Below are positions 26,401 through 38,500 of a stretch of 64,000 nucleotides of DNA, one piece after another (position 1 is the first letter of the stretch; the number at the start of each line of letters is the position of its first letter). The stretch is from Balanoglossus misakiensis (Eukaryota > Animalia > Hemichordata). The translations under genes and the position numbers were made by a program. The notes beneath the pieces were generated by a model, which did no database searches, was not told where the DNA came from, and saw nothing but the letters and a program-made list of their open reading frames with translations. The stretch covers positions 13,651,921 through 13,715,920 of the forward strand of contig CM082581.2 of the NCBI GenBank assembly GCA_040954595.2, given 5' to 3'.

Positions 26401-29400
26401 TTTTATATATTTGTCGGAAAGCACTATCAACACAGATATCAAAGTTTTGTTCTTTCCCGCTTTTACTTCGACATTTCAACAACTGCTCAATACTTGCACA
26501 CTTCAACGCCTGTCTCGTGGATCAAAAAGCCCGACTTCACACTCAATCAAGAACCGAAATCTGTCAAGTAGGAAAGGCAATATTTAAAGTCAAAAGAAGT
26601 GTCCACATAATGTAAGACCACTTCACGTCTTGTCTCTTTTGCCATGACCTACAACTGATACTGGCCATGACTGCCCAATCTCCATACACCCGGGTGGCCA
26701 TTGGTTCCCTGTATTTATCACATGACAAAGGCCCGTTATCACATGACCTACAAGTCGTAACCACTCCGCGGCTGGAGTAAAATGCTCATAATACGTGCAC
26801 TGGGGCATTAGCAACTGCACCTTCAGTTCTGTATTGTCGCGGCACAAACATACCGGACTTTTTGAATTCATGCCAAGCTTGGAGAAGTGTACACATGCTA
26901 TTGCCATAGAAGGGCCAGGTGCGTATTACACCATTTCCTTTGAAATCACTCATCACTATGTTGAGTGAGGGATTAAACTTTGCCATTTGACAGCACAGTG
27001 ACAGTTTGGTGTTCAGCATTGGCTCAAACAAACCACAAACTTTTTGGTGTTAAACTTTTCTCAAAAGTTTTCTTCTAAACAACTGCCCAAAGTAAACGTT
27101 TCCAAGTTTTTACTCATTGTTGTAATTATAAGAAGTTTTTCTCTGAAAACTTGTTACTGAAAATTTCTTGATGGTTCTAAGTACATTTCACACAATAAAC
27201 AGCGATGAATTAATTTGAGACAAGGAAGATACTTTTTCCTTTTATTTCTTGACTTGGCTAACTCGGCCACACACTGTACTTGTAAGTGATATGGGTTACA
27301 TGACTATGATAGGGCCTGAAGAGAAAGTGAGACTTCACGCTTCAGTCTTTACTTTGTAAACTTTGGTTGAACAAAACGATAAATCATAATACACTCCAAT
27401 ATTGTTTCCTGAAATCCTATGACTTGAATGAGGCTAGTGCAATCATAGACTTGAAAACAAGTGCCAACTTTTGAGATGCCCCTTTGAAATCAACACAATC
27501 ATACCAAAGAAGCAAATGTAAACAAAGGGGGTGACCCTGGCATGGGGACAACACTAGCAGAGAGACCAAGGGGGTTCACTGGGCAGACACAACACCCTAT
27601 AAACTGCCAATGCACATACCTGACCAGTGCCCAACTGTTCAAACACTGATAAGGCACTACCATGCCGTGAATATCTGAACTCCGAGAGACTCCCGACTAT
27701 CCTGACTTCCAGATAAGACAGCTTTGATCACCAGCGTTCTCTGACACACAGCCCGGCAGACTCTTTTACCAACGCTGACAAGTGTGCGTTTTTTTTACTA
27801 TTTTTTATTTAGAACGCAGGAGTGATACCGACTGTTGAGTGGACTGCGGCCGGGCGACGATTGAACCGTCGTAGTTTGTTTTTTGCCGATGACATGCTGT
27901 TGTGTCCAGCCTTGGCAGTGCACATGAACTTTCTTCCTCACTGTGTCTCCTGTAAGTTGCAACGAATCCTAACATCGTCTGTATGAGGCTGAAGATACCT
28001 TACAGTTTCAAGGCTACACGGTAAGACCAAACCCCTTTTACATCTTTCAGTTATTTCAATCACACACACACACACATGATTAAATCTTCCGGGTGTACGA
28101 CTTTTCAGAAATACAGTATACAAACTTTTCACGTTGCGCTCACTGTACACACGTACGTAGAGCAATAGCAACATCCGCCAGTCAGAGGCAACCCTGCGAC
28201 CAAAATATTCTTCTCGTCAAACACAGAACTTGGATACCAAAACTCCGTTTCACCAAGAACCACCGCACAAGCGTTTCATTGTCTCCACAGTTTATCACGG
28301 ATCAGGTCTAAAACAGTAGAATTATTTACCGAATTTATCACCAACCGAGCCCAGCACCTACGTATGTCGCGTTGCTGGACCAATACGTTCGTCCTACCTG
28401 ACGTGATTATCACCAAACTAAACACAGACAACAGACTTATCTCCTGTTGTTAACAACAAATTAACTACTGTAAGGGGTACTTCTCAGCTATAGCTGCAGA
28501 CTCCCCCAGTTCCCGTCCAACGTCCAACTGAATGAGCCATGTAATTACTTTATGATGTTATTGACACATTATACTTCATCCCAAGTTTGACCGTACAATG
28601 GCATATCTCCACATGTGTGTACAAGTGCCATTAATAAACCTTAATCATGACATTGGCAATCCAACAAGCGTGTTCAACCAATATAATCTGTCCACTCCCT
28701 GCAATAAAGCGACATGTATTGGTGTGTAAAACACGAACGTACTGACAAGTTGAAAGTTAACACATCCAAAGTTTCATCAAGGTTCAACAACAATGAACCG
28801 TTTCACCAATTTTATCAACATCTTACTACTTTTTTTACATGATTTGGGATCGAAAGATTTAATATTTGTATTCCGATGTAAAACATTATGTCTGCATGTC
28901 AAAAATAAATACTGCCTCCATTTAAAAATATTTTGACTTAAAAGCAGCAAGAGTCGCACTTAAAGCTAGCTTTGATGCTATGACACAATGTTACAATTAC
29001 CAGATTTTATTCTTAGGCCTGACCAGTTGGTTTTTGAGTGAGCATCTTGGTATAATTACCACAGATGCAGTATAAATTTGCAACCCACTTAAAGAAAACT
29101 TACTCCAATACCACCTGAAGTAAGATTGCAACTTTGGATTTCCCTGCGTGCGGTGGTCTAAATTCCACTGCTACAAATATTTACATGTTTTCATCGACCA
29201 AGCAAGCTACACGTCTCCACTTCTTGTAGGGGAGAAATTCTTCTTTTGGAGTCATTGTTCGAGGCATTTTTGTTGTTGAGATGTGAGTATAAGTTTGCAT
29301 TGTTCCTCACTGTACTGTTGCAGACTACGGAAGAAAGACCTGGATATTTTTGTGGGTTAAATTTGACAGAACACACCCAGGTATTTTGTGAGCGAGCACA

Positions 29401-32400
29401 CAGAATATGGTGCATGTATTCATAAACACAAACATCTTGGATAATGCAGTGACATTTTTTGGTGAAAAAGCTGATGATGTCAGTGAAGGAATGAAATAGA
29501 AATGGTTGTATTATGTACAAAAATGCCGATTCAACAATATTTTCAATAGTCATGACAGATTGTGAATAGAAAGTTGAATACTTGTGCTGTCAATTCTGCA
29601 AGTCTGGGTGTTGAATTGAGGTCCAGACTCGCATTCACTTGTCAACAATAGCAAGGCTAGATTCTAGCAACGAGATTCTAGAGGACATAACAGAACAACA
29701 ACATTTTAAAGATTTATATCAAAAATTTTGAATACTGTCCCTAAGAACACCTTGCATATACCACCAGAAACAGACCATTTGCAGTGTTCTTACAAAGCAC
29801 ACCACCGCAAAAGTACCAGCTAGAGACTAGAGAAACTCAGCTCAGTTTAACACATGCAAACCACAAACATCCACTGGTTGGGTGCACTTTGACTCCCCTA
29901 AATGTGATACCTTCCAAAATAAACCACCAGCCAATGGGAATATAGTACAATGACAACCTGGAAAACTATTAGCCAATGACAACACTGGGATATATCCTGC
30001 TTGAAAAATAAAGCCAAAAAACATCCACGGACACTCTGAGAAATATTTGTGTTCTGCGAAGGTCAAGGTAATGAATGTTATCACACTGAATTAAGTTGCC
30101 TTGAGCAAGATAAACAGTTTAAGACTGATTTTTGAGGTGCAGTCTACCTTAACCCTTTCACCCCCAGTTCCCTCTACAGAGGTCCAATGCTATCATAGAT
30201 AGCAATGGGGATTTGGACCAAACCATTGTGGTGAAAGGGTTAAAGTTGACACAGCAGAAAAAAGAAGAAGTCTACTTACTTGATACCAAATTTCATCAAA
30301 CACTTATCTCTACACCTGCCATTGATCCAGTTCCTTGAAATCCGACATCTCTCTTTTATTGGTAAACTTCGAAATCTGTAAATAAAATTATACCAAAATA
30401 TATTTTTGTTATAATGACATCAACAACAATACGTCTCCACAAGTTTGACCATGCTTGGGTTTGGCAATAGTCTGGCCGATTGATACACCTGGTTTCAAGT
30501 TTGCTTTGAGGTCTTGACCTATGGACTGTATGAGAACTGACCATCACAAAGGGCATATCTGTCTATAGAGTAAAGAATTGTTAAAATCATTCACTAGTGA
30601 TGCGTCAACTAGCACAACAGTGCCAGTATTTTTCAGATAAAGTTTCAGCAAACGAAATTTGCCCTACAGATGTGGAAATGGGTCAATTCTAATCAAAAGC
30701 AATATCTGAGTGTTATCAATTATGCCCGATATCACAATCAAGTTCATGTTGAACACAAATTAAACGATACTATACACATGCCCCCTCCACATTAAAACCT
30801 AATCTATGGTCAGCTGTGCGGTACAAAACTCAGATTGCAACATTCTACACATAGCAGACATCTTGCGTCAATTTCTTGGACGCAAAATTCATTTACAAAT
30901 CAAATTCAATCAGTGATGAGAAGACAGAATAAAGTTATTACGGTGGCAAATCTATTCAGCCAGATATTAAATTTGTCCCACTGCGCAAATTAGTGTTTTA
31001 ATTACACCTGACTGTGAAGCCATGGAGACTCTATGGACATGAAGAAGAAATACGACAGCCCTGGACATGAAAGGGAACTACAGGCACTGAAACGAGGTAG
31101 TCCAAATTCCCAACAGTAGTCGTATACGAGCAAAGGCAGCCTGCAGTGACCTTCAAACATGCTGCCAACCAAAACGTGGTTGCCAGGATTTACCGACGTC
31201 TCAGATGCTAAGGTCGTTGGCTCTTCAAAGTGCCCATTCTGATTGGCATAATTATTTTGTGATACCCCATTGCTGACTTTGCCTCACACTGTCCGTGTTG
31301 TCCTGGTCAGGATTAATGGAGTTTTGACCAGAGTTAAGGAGACATTTTTGAATGCCAAATCTCATTCCCCGACAGTTTTCAACTGATAACAACATCAACT
31401 TGGGTTTTTCAATAGATGATGTAGCTAGAAGTAAATGCTGTGTCATTACTGGATGTTTTTGCTATCATGTTACGGAAACATAATTCACCTGCACCCATTT
31501 CAGGTTGTAAATCTTCTTTCTATTAAATATTGAATACTATTTCTATAAAATCATGAAGATTCCTGTGCAATCAAAGGGTGTGACTACTTGAACTTGTAAG
31601 ATTTATAGCCAAGGCAAGGCGCTGCAGTAAATTACACAATACTTTGCGTAGACCATCAAGTCACAGTGACGTCAATATCGGACTGAAATATTTCGCCCGT
31701 GACATTGCGTCCACGGAACAAACAATGTCATATGGCACTCCAAAGTGGCACAGATTACGCCCAAGCGCTTCAGATAAAATTTTATCGAAAAAACTGGGAG
31801 TCTGATTAGCCTTTTATGCCTGGTATGTTTGTTCAGGATGATACTCTCTGGTTTCTAAGATACTGAAGATTTAGCTTTAATTTCTACATTCTGTGTCATG
31901 GATTCTCTAATCAGGATTGTATTAACCCTTGATCCCTTATCCACCACTTCAGTGGTTTAACGAGACCACCCCGAAAGTCAGGACAAAGGCAAAGTCTGTC
32001 CAAAGACAAAAAATACAGTTATGGCTTCCTGAAATTTTCAGACTTATCAGTGTAAGATTCCAGTAACCGTCAAAACTGATCTTTGTAAAGACACCATCAT
32101 TGCTTATCAAATATTGAAAGAATATTCTTTCTCTATATAAAGACACATGCATCTAGGATTTTGAATAGTACGTTACAAATTTATTCACCTAGATATGAGT
32201 TTCTAAACAGAATAGTTAGAACGTGCACTTTCTTTCATAGCTTCTGGTGACTAAGTAATAAAAGATTAGCTACAAGTATCCCTAGTGACAAAAGCAAAGT
32301 GTATGTAGGTCAACTGCTATAGATCCGGAACGTCTTGTGCCGTAACGCACGTACACGTCGCAGAAATACAGGAAATTCAATATTGATGTCGAAAGAATTT

Positions 32401-35269
32401 CGAAATCGACTGCAATGACACTTCCCTCTGAGTTATAATATTTACATTTTATAGAAAATAGATTAAGTATCCTTGTGTTCTTGACATGTTCATTGAAATC
32501 CATGCACATTCTCACGTAATTCAATGTGCCTTGCTTTAAATGCCAAATAATAAAAATTTACTGTTCCTATATCTTGACCTACACAAAATTTTACCTGTTG
32601 ATGTTAAATGTGAAAAGAAACCATCTTGATTATCACAGTAATAACATTTTCACTTCAATTTCACACCATTTTCAAAAATTGGTCATATTGCAAAGGAAAT
32701 GGCGAATAAAATATTCTAGGAAAGTATTTCTAGTGACATCATGTGTCTAATATGTGGGACAACCAACTTCTGTTCTAAAAATACGTACTCAATAGAGAAG
32801 TTGATCTCATGAACTCAGGAATTTTTGAGGGTTTGGCCACAACAGAGCAATTCTTTGCTGTATCATTGACATATAAATACTTGATCTGTATCAGTTTGAA
32901 TGTTGACATTGGCTTCGGCTGAGCTTTTTTGAGGTGTGCCAGAAATTATAGTACGGGCCGGAAGAAAGATGGAATGCCCGGCACAGCTGTGTGCAATGGG
33001 ACAGTCTTTTTTAACAGGCTAGTCACACAAGGATACTGTTTAGCCACACATTTAGTGAGAGGAAATGAACCTTCTTTCATGATTAAGAGCTAATTGATCT
33101 AACAATAAACACGTCAATTAATCCTTCCAGTCCTACATCTGATTACGTCTCCCAACAAAAGACTTCTTGTGCGTGACAGCTTCAATTCTGCCTTCGTACA
33201 TCCACGCATAGTTTCAAAGCATAGCTATAAAAATATGAATTAAAGTTTCTCGCGGAATGTGAGCTATCAGGCTCAATGTATCAACTGTGCAGAAAATCTG
33301 GGAGGAAGGGATTGCTGAGCTGGCTATACACCACCTGCAAAACTCTAATTAGGCAACTGGGAGAACCCATGTAATAGTTCATCAAATTACAGAATAAGGA
33401 TATTGTTCAGTTAATATAATAAATAGCCTACTATAACATTTTACAATTGAATTGGTTAATTTTACTGGAACGTGTATTCAATTTCTTCATAGTAATACAC
33501 AACTTCATCTACACATGGGTTGGCAATCTGAATGAAATTTCCTTATAGATTGAAATGTAAAAGATTTTCAGTGACTTTTCATTTGTTAAACTGAATCAAT
33601 ACTCCATGATTTTCCAGGAATAAATGCCACTTTTGACTTGTAGGGGTTGTGGTTGGAGAGATAGTTTGAGGTGACGGGGGAAGACTTTTGGCTTGTCGTG
33701 CACACATGGATTGCATATTTCACTCCCTCCTCTTAAACATTGCTCTGTTAGGTAGCAAATCCTGTCGTGCCACCAACCTTTCAGGTTAATTCACAAACAC
33801 AAGCATCAAATGACCGATATTTTTCAGCAATCTTACAAAATAAGAACAAACTTTACGAGGTTCAAGGAGGCAAAATAGGAGCTACAAAAACATGATAAAT
33901 AGTCAACGTGGGAATGTTTACAACCAACGGCTATCAAGTAGAAATAAAGTTACCCCTTGTGTTTAGTATTATTAGATACAACTGTAGTTTCATGTTCCTA
34001 CTTTGTGGGTGGATGTGTGTTATTGATGTCACACGCAAAGTGATGTATTGTTGTGATGAGGTGGACACTTGCCCTGGTACTGAGTGGTTACGAGATCATT
34101 AACTCAGAATATGGGTATATTGCAGCTCTTTGGTCGTAGGTGGTCCACACGTTAGAGTTAAGTCATCCGCGGCTTTGAAATCTCAGAAATGTGCACAGCA
34201 GATATGTTTCTGCTCCAGTTTCAGAAAAGCAATTTTTTTTTCATTTCAAAGGTGTTTCAATCCCCAGGTTAAGTTTGATATGTTTTATTTTCTATAAATA
34301 AGCTACAACATTTTCACAACTTATAGCTATACCACTGGTTTTCCCCAGTCCCTTTGTGGTGCTATGAATTAGCCTGCAACTGTGTTTTAACTTGAACTTT
34401 GACTTGAAAGCTATTTACATAATTTATTTAAATAATCTAATTTTATGCATGGATGTAATTTAATTATGATTTTCCCTCAATTCCAGCAATAACTATGATC
34501 ACTCATCACAATATAAAATCCAAATGAGCATTTAACAGATGACCTATCCTTGAAAAGTGAACATTTTAATAATACAAAATCTGAAAAATTCAGAAAAACC
34601 TCCATTCTGTGAATCAGCTAAAACCACACATAGATTTTGGTCTGGTGCAAATAATAGCATCCGTCTTACATTTGTCAGTAAGTTTTGATGATTGCTGAGT
34701 AAGCATAATTTACTGATATGAGACACACTATCTGATCCCACACTGTCGCAGATTCACTATCAAATGATGTGAATGAACAATCGTGTGGGATAACATAAAA
34801 TAACCTGATTGCATGTCCCACCTTGCCTGAGATAGGGGTTCAGCCCAGCCCCAGGGGAGGGGTGTGGCAGGGTATCCAAATTTCCCATAGTACTTCACTG
34901 CCACACTGAAATGTACACGACGTTATATGAAATAGCTCAAGCATGATACTGAAAAATGAATCATAAATCTGGGGTAACCCACTTAATTAATCATGGGTAG
35001 AAGACGTTCACGAACTTATGGAAACAACAACAATTTAGAAAACCATGTACGCAAATCACAACATAAGGTTACGTTTACCGTGAGCTCGTATCATCCTTGC
35101 CAATGTTGACAAGTCGTCTGGATATACGCCTCCACACAACATCTTCTTGGCACAAGCGATAGAGTTTGCGGCAAGCACTAGACAGACGTCCTATGCTGAC
35201 GATGTCCAGATAAGATATGATTTCATACAAGATGTCATCGTGTAAATCCATAAGGAGCAGCTTCATCAT
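8326..35269 (-). CDS. FBXW4: F-box/WD repeat-containing protein 4 (dactylin), complete, 8 exons, 385 aa
   Basis: Exons 35269-35079, 30375-30280, 13752-13570, 10506-10285, 10157-10092, 9756-9616, 9436-9295, 8442-8326 total 1158 nt, all GT-AG and in phase. N-terminal F-box (LMDLHDDILYEIISYLD...LSSACRKL...VVWRR), followed by FBXW4-typical motifs KERCRISRNW, LPWLQLED, GAGILDV.FE.P..LLSCGYDTYIRVWD, EEPDDSAIYC.QTDG, SSPVYSL. Confidence 0.93.
9295..9436 (-). CDS. FBXW4: FBXW4 exon 7
   Basis: TTTCAG/GTCAGT, 142 nt; EEPDDSAIYCIQTDG...GVVRLWDKR. Confidence 0.93.
9616..9756 (-). CDS. FBXW4: FBXW4 exon 6
   Basis: TTGTAG/GTAAGT, 141 nt; GAGILDV...LLSCGYDTYIRVWDVR. Confidence 0.93.
10092..10157 (-). CDS. 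FBXW4: FBXW4 exon 5 (TFVSGSASYFQISPLRLWDTQ)
   Basis: CCACAG/GTAAGT, 66 nt; SPLR.WD motif. Confidence 0.9.
10285..10506 (-). CDS. FBXW4: FBXW4 exon 4 (GHTGDVNCVD...VSGSRDQTIKLW...DRVWAV)
   Basis: TTCCAG/GTAAG; canonical WD40. Confidence 0.93.
13570..13752 (-). CDS. FBXW4: FBXW4 exon 3 (LLPWLQLED...GHKVDVCRFV...LVSGG)
   Basis: TTTCAG/GTTAGT; first WD40 repeat. Confidence 0.92.
15143..15173. repeat. 16-bp tandem duplication
   Basis: GCACCTGTAAATCAAA GCACCTGTAAATCAA. Confidence 0.75.
21367..21459. mobile_element. ~85-bp TTAA-flanked MITE (piggyBac-like termini), copy 1
   Basis: TTAA CCCTTTCACC ... GGTGAAAGGG TTAA: terminal inverted repeats with a TTAA target duplication; homologous to the 30149 copy. 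Confidence 0.85.
22974..23052. mobile_element. Related short TTAA-flanked element with different interior
   Basis: TTAACACTTTC ... GAAAGGGTTAA imperfect termini. Confidence 0.5.
30149..30243. mobile_element. TTAA-flanked MITE, copy 2
   Basis: Same TIRs and internal sequence (AGTTCCCTCT..AGAGGTCCAA..GATTTGGACCAAACCAT); about 36 nt beyond the FBXW4 exon 2 donor. Confidence 0.85.
30280..30375 (-). CDS. FBXW4: FBXW4 exon 2 (FRSLPIKERCRISRNWINGRCRDKCLMKFGI)
   Basis: TTTACAG/GTAAGT, 96 nt; matches the KERVKVSQNWRLGRC-type segment. Confidence 0.9.
35079..35269 (-). CDS. FBXW4: FBXW4 exon 1 (F-box)
   Basis: ORF 35075..35269; in-frame stop just upstream of the ATG; donor GTAAAC. Confidence 0.9.
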
Positions 35270-35468
35270 GAGTCTCGCGAAGTGGTGTTAAACTTATTAA
35301 GATATTTGACTGATTTCAGATTTTCAAAATCAATGCTAGCCTCGGTGCGCGAAGTAAAGCACTGAACCAAAATTATCTTTCTGGCGGAAGATTATACAAA
35401 AATATAGCACAGATGCGTTCTCAGCGTTTAACGTCTCTCTTTACAATGAAATTGTGCTCCCCTTCAAG

Positions 35469-35540
35469 TCATTTTGCAATGTATATGTGAAATTTCGCAA
35501 CATCAACAAGAAAAACAATCCCTTCGTCCGCCATCTTTCT
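35469..35540 (-). promoter_or_regulatory. FBXW4 promoter/5' leader: YY1 motif AAGATGGCGG with a 21-codon uORF
   Basis: CCGCCATCTT at 35528-35537; the ATG at 35534 opens MADEGIVFLVDVAKFHIYIAK* ending at 35469, out of frame with the main ATG. Confidence 0.5.
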
Positions 35541-38500
35541 TACAGCGTATACTTGTTGGATTTCTCTTTTCTCCAAATATGATGCAGGAATGTTTCGCAA
35601 TGTGAAACCTATGCAGCGCCATCATTCTGTGAGAAAGAAAAACTATAGTGGAGGTAACTTAGAGAAGTACTTAGCTCTTGTAGCTGTTGGATTTTTGGTT
35701 TGTATTGTTACAAAATTTGCACGTTAAAATATCTCGAGAGGAATACAAAGCTTGCTCTAGGGTGTATGAGAGGGGTTCAGCGCGCACGACCTGCAGTTAT
35801 GATCACAAACAAGGGTGTGGACAGAGTTATTTTGAAAATGGAGCGGAGGGAAAGAGAAAACAGTATTTGCACTCTTCAGCACCTCAAACAGTTTAAATTG
35901 GTATATTATTGGACAAACTTATTGTCGAGAGTCAAATACTACACGGTTATTGAGTTTTCAAAAGCCCACGTGGTGGACAGCAGTGTGCGTGTACACTTAG
36001 GTAGTTCTTCATGCCAAGCTAAGTGTGACCTACCGTCAGCGTAAAGGAGTTTTGGACTTTGCCTGAACACATTCCAGGGCCTTTGAACAAAACTCTATCC
36101 GCGGTGCTCATTCACGTCTGTTTGTTTTCGATGAATCGACCAGATAAAAGAAAGAAGTGCTGGGGATATTTGGCATTTTCAGAAAGCTGGAAACTTGACG
36201 CCGTTGTGAAAACGCGTAACACACGGGAATGCTTTTGATATCCGCAGACAGTCGCTACCAGTGAGAGCTTTAAATGTATCAGAAAAAGCAATGTTCTTTA
36301 TGGACTCGAGGAAAAGACGATCAGGGGGGGGGGGGGGTAGCAACATATCTGTTTTTCAGAACGTTTCGATCATTTTCAGGCCCCTTGGTGTAAATTCCCT
36401 CGGCTAGCTGATCACTTTCATCGCATCAGTAAAGTAAACGAGACATTAAACTTATTGATGTTGGTCAAGCCTACTCCAAATAGAAGAGGTGGCCATCGTG
36501 TCACGTGATCGAACGACGGCAGAGAGACGACATAGCTCGCCTATAAATAATTTTAACACTAAACTTCAAGTTTTCAAGTATACATATAGGCCTTTATTTA
36601 CAAGTCTTTTAACCTTTTGTGAGGCAATAGATAAATCATCGCAAGCCGGCCAATCTGACGTGGAGCCGCATCAGACTCGTGTACTTCGCGACGAGTCCTT
36701 ATTCCCAAGAGACTACAGAAACAATGTGTGTTTAAGTCTTTTAACTCTTCCGCCTTTCAAAAATGTTTCATCAATTTTGCTCTGATCCATGAAACCGGAG
36801 ACAACGCAATAGTGACGCGTCGCCTTCTCCGTCAGACATTCCGCCTTAGCTCGTGTTTTTCATCAGCTGTCTGACGCCGAGTAACCCAAGTGTTAATATT
36901 GGACATGTTCCGTTAGTGCAACTACATTACAACTTCACGCTCTGTAGACTTGATCCTTGACAAAACGTGCAATCACTCACAAACTTTTTAATCCTTTCAC
37001 CGGTGTTTATGTTGCGATGTACAACTATTTGCTTATTATCCTTTTAACAGACTCAATTCCATTTATTTCACCACCAGAACAAATAGAGTCATGTCTAACA
37101 TCAAGTGCGGACTACGCGTTATCCATCTATCCATCCATTCTCTCTCCATATTTTAAAAGAATAAACTGAAAGTAACTTTGGACTTTCTGAAATATCACTT
37201 TCTACCATGAACAACTGGACACATACTTGATACATAACTTCATAATCCGGATATATTCTGATGCCAAACCCACGGCGTTTGTTGCTCATGACAACCAAAT
37301 TATTCATACATCAGCAATGAGGGTGTTTGCAGGGAGTTTCCCAGGTGATGCGATGTCTGCTATGATTGCAACATGACAAAATAGGGCGTGTACGCACGAA
37401 TACCACACGACTCATGCCCCCTCCCAAAAAACACCCATGGGTTGGTACTGAAAGAAAAATCGTCCCACGGTCCGCGTCAACAGGTATTTTTGGGGTCACC
37501 TATAAACTTAAAATGGTGGAGCAAATGTAATCGAAGCGGTTCCGTCCGGGCTACAACGCTCAATAATGGGAAATGCTTACACGTCCGGCGTCTCAAACAA
37601 ATTAGCCGGGCCCCATTGTAACGATGTTAGAATATACCAAAATTCTTTCCTTTTTTAACTATCGCGTCCCTAGGACGACAGAATTTTTTAAGGTGCATGC
37701 CGTAGGCAGGACCCGTCAGCCGAGTAGGCGGATCTAAAGAGCAGAGGCGATACTGAGAGGGAGGAATATTCATAGACGTCTCCAGGACAACGCGCATGGT
37801 TTAGAGTTTACTGTGTAAGTTGGCAGTGAGCGAGCGGCGTCATCACTGTGAAACAACATTCTGATAAGATCCACGCGGCAGAGTGGTTTCAGGACAACCA
37901 CGGAAAGACTACTGCTTTATCATTCACGCGATTGGCTTTGCTTTGATTGACCGGACCGAGGAGTTGGGGACGAACAGAAGGCAGAGGGAGAGAGGGGAGA
38001 CACCTGGAAAGCGTATAACATGCGGGGCATTGACGTTGGATGGTGAGTTAAATTGTCTGTGTGCGAACATGCCGTAAGCTGGTAGTGTGTGTTACGCCAT
38101 ATATGCACTGGTAACACCGTGTTCCAACACCTGTCACTAAAGAATGCCAATGTCACCGGATCACACGAGGAGGTCGATTCACTCTCGATGCCAAGCGCCG
38201 CTCTATTTACTCGTCTGTCCACACGGCAAAACAAAAGTTGTCTTTTGAGAAAGTGTTTTCGGCTGACACAGGGGGATGGTTTTCTTGAATCCCCCGAAGA
38301 AGGAAACCAGTGGTAACTGCCCTCTAAGTGTGTCATGCGTCCGTACTTCTCGGATTTATGCCACAGTGACATCGCGGGAGTCACGTTGTATTTGGGTTTT
38401 GAGTCCTGCGATGCCCCTCGCCGGAGCTATATTTATTTTTGTGTGTATACAATCCCGAGCCATGTCGCGACTGCCCTGGTATGATAGTCTTGGCGTGGGG

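Noticed and set aside
25815-27490. Possible ~1.7 kb non-autonomous transposon (AAAGGGGCA...TGCCCCTTT ends)
   Set aside because: Only about 9 bp of inverted match and no clean target-site duplication; cannot be supported without a repeat library.
33112-33225. Candidate additional FBXW4 exon after a TTATAG acceptor
   Set aside because: Stop codon in the required phase and no FBXW4 similarity; exon 1 joins 30375 in frame.
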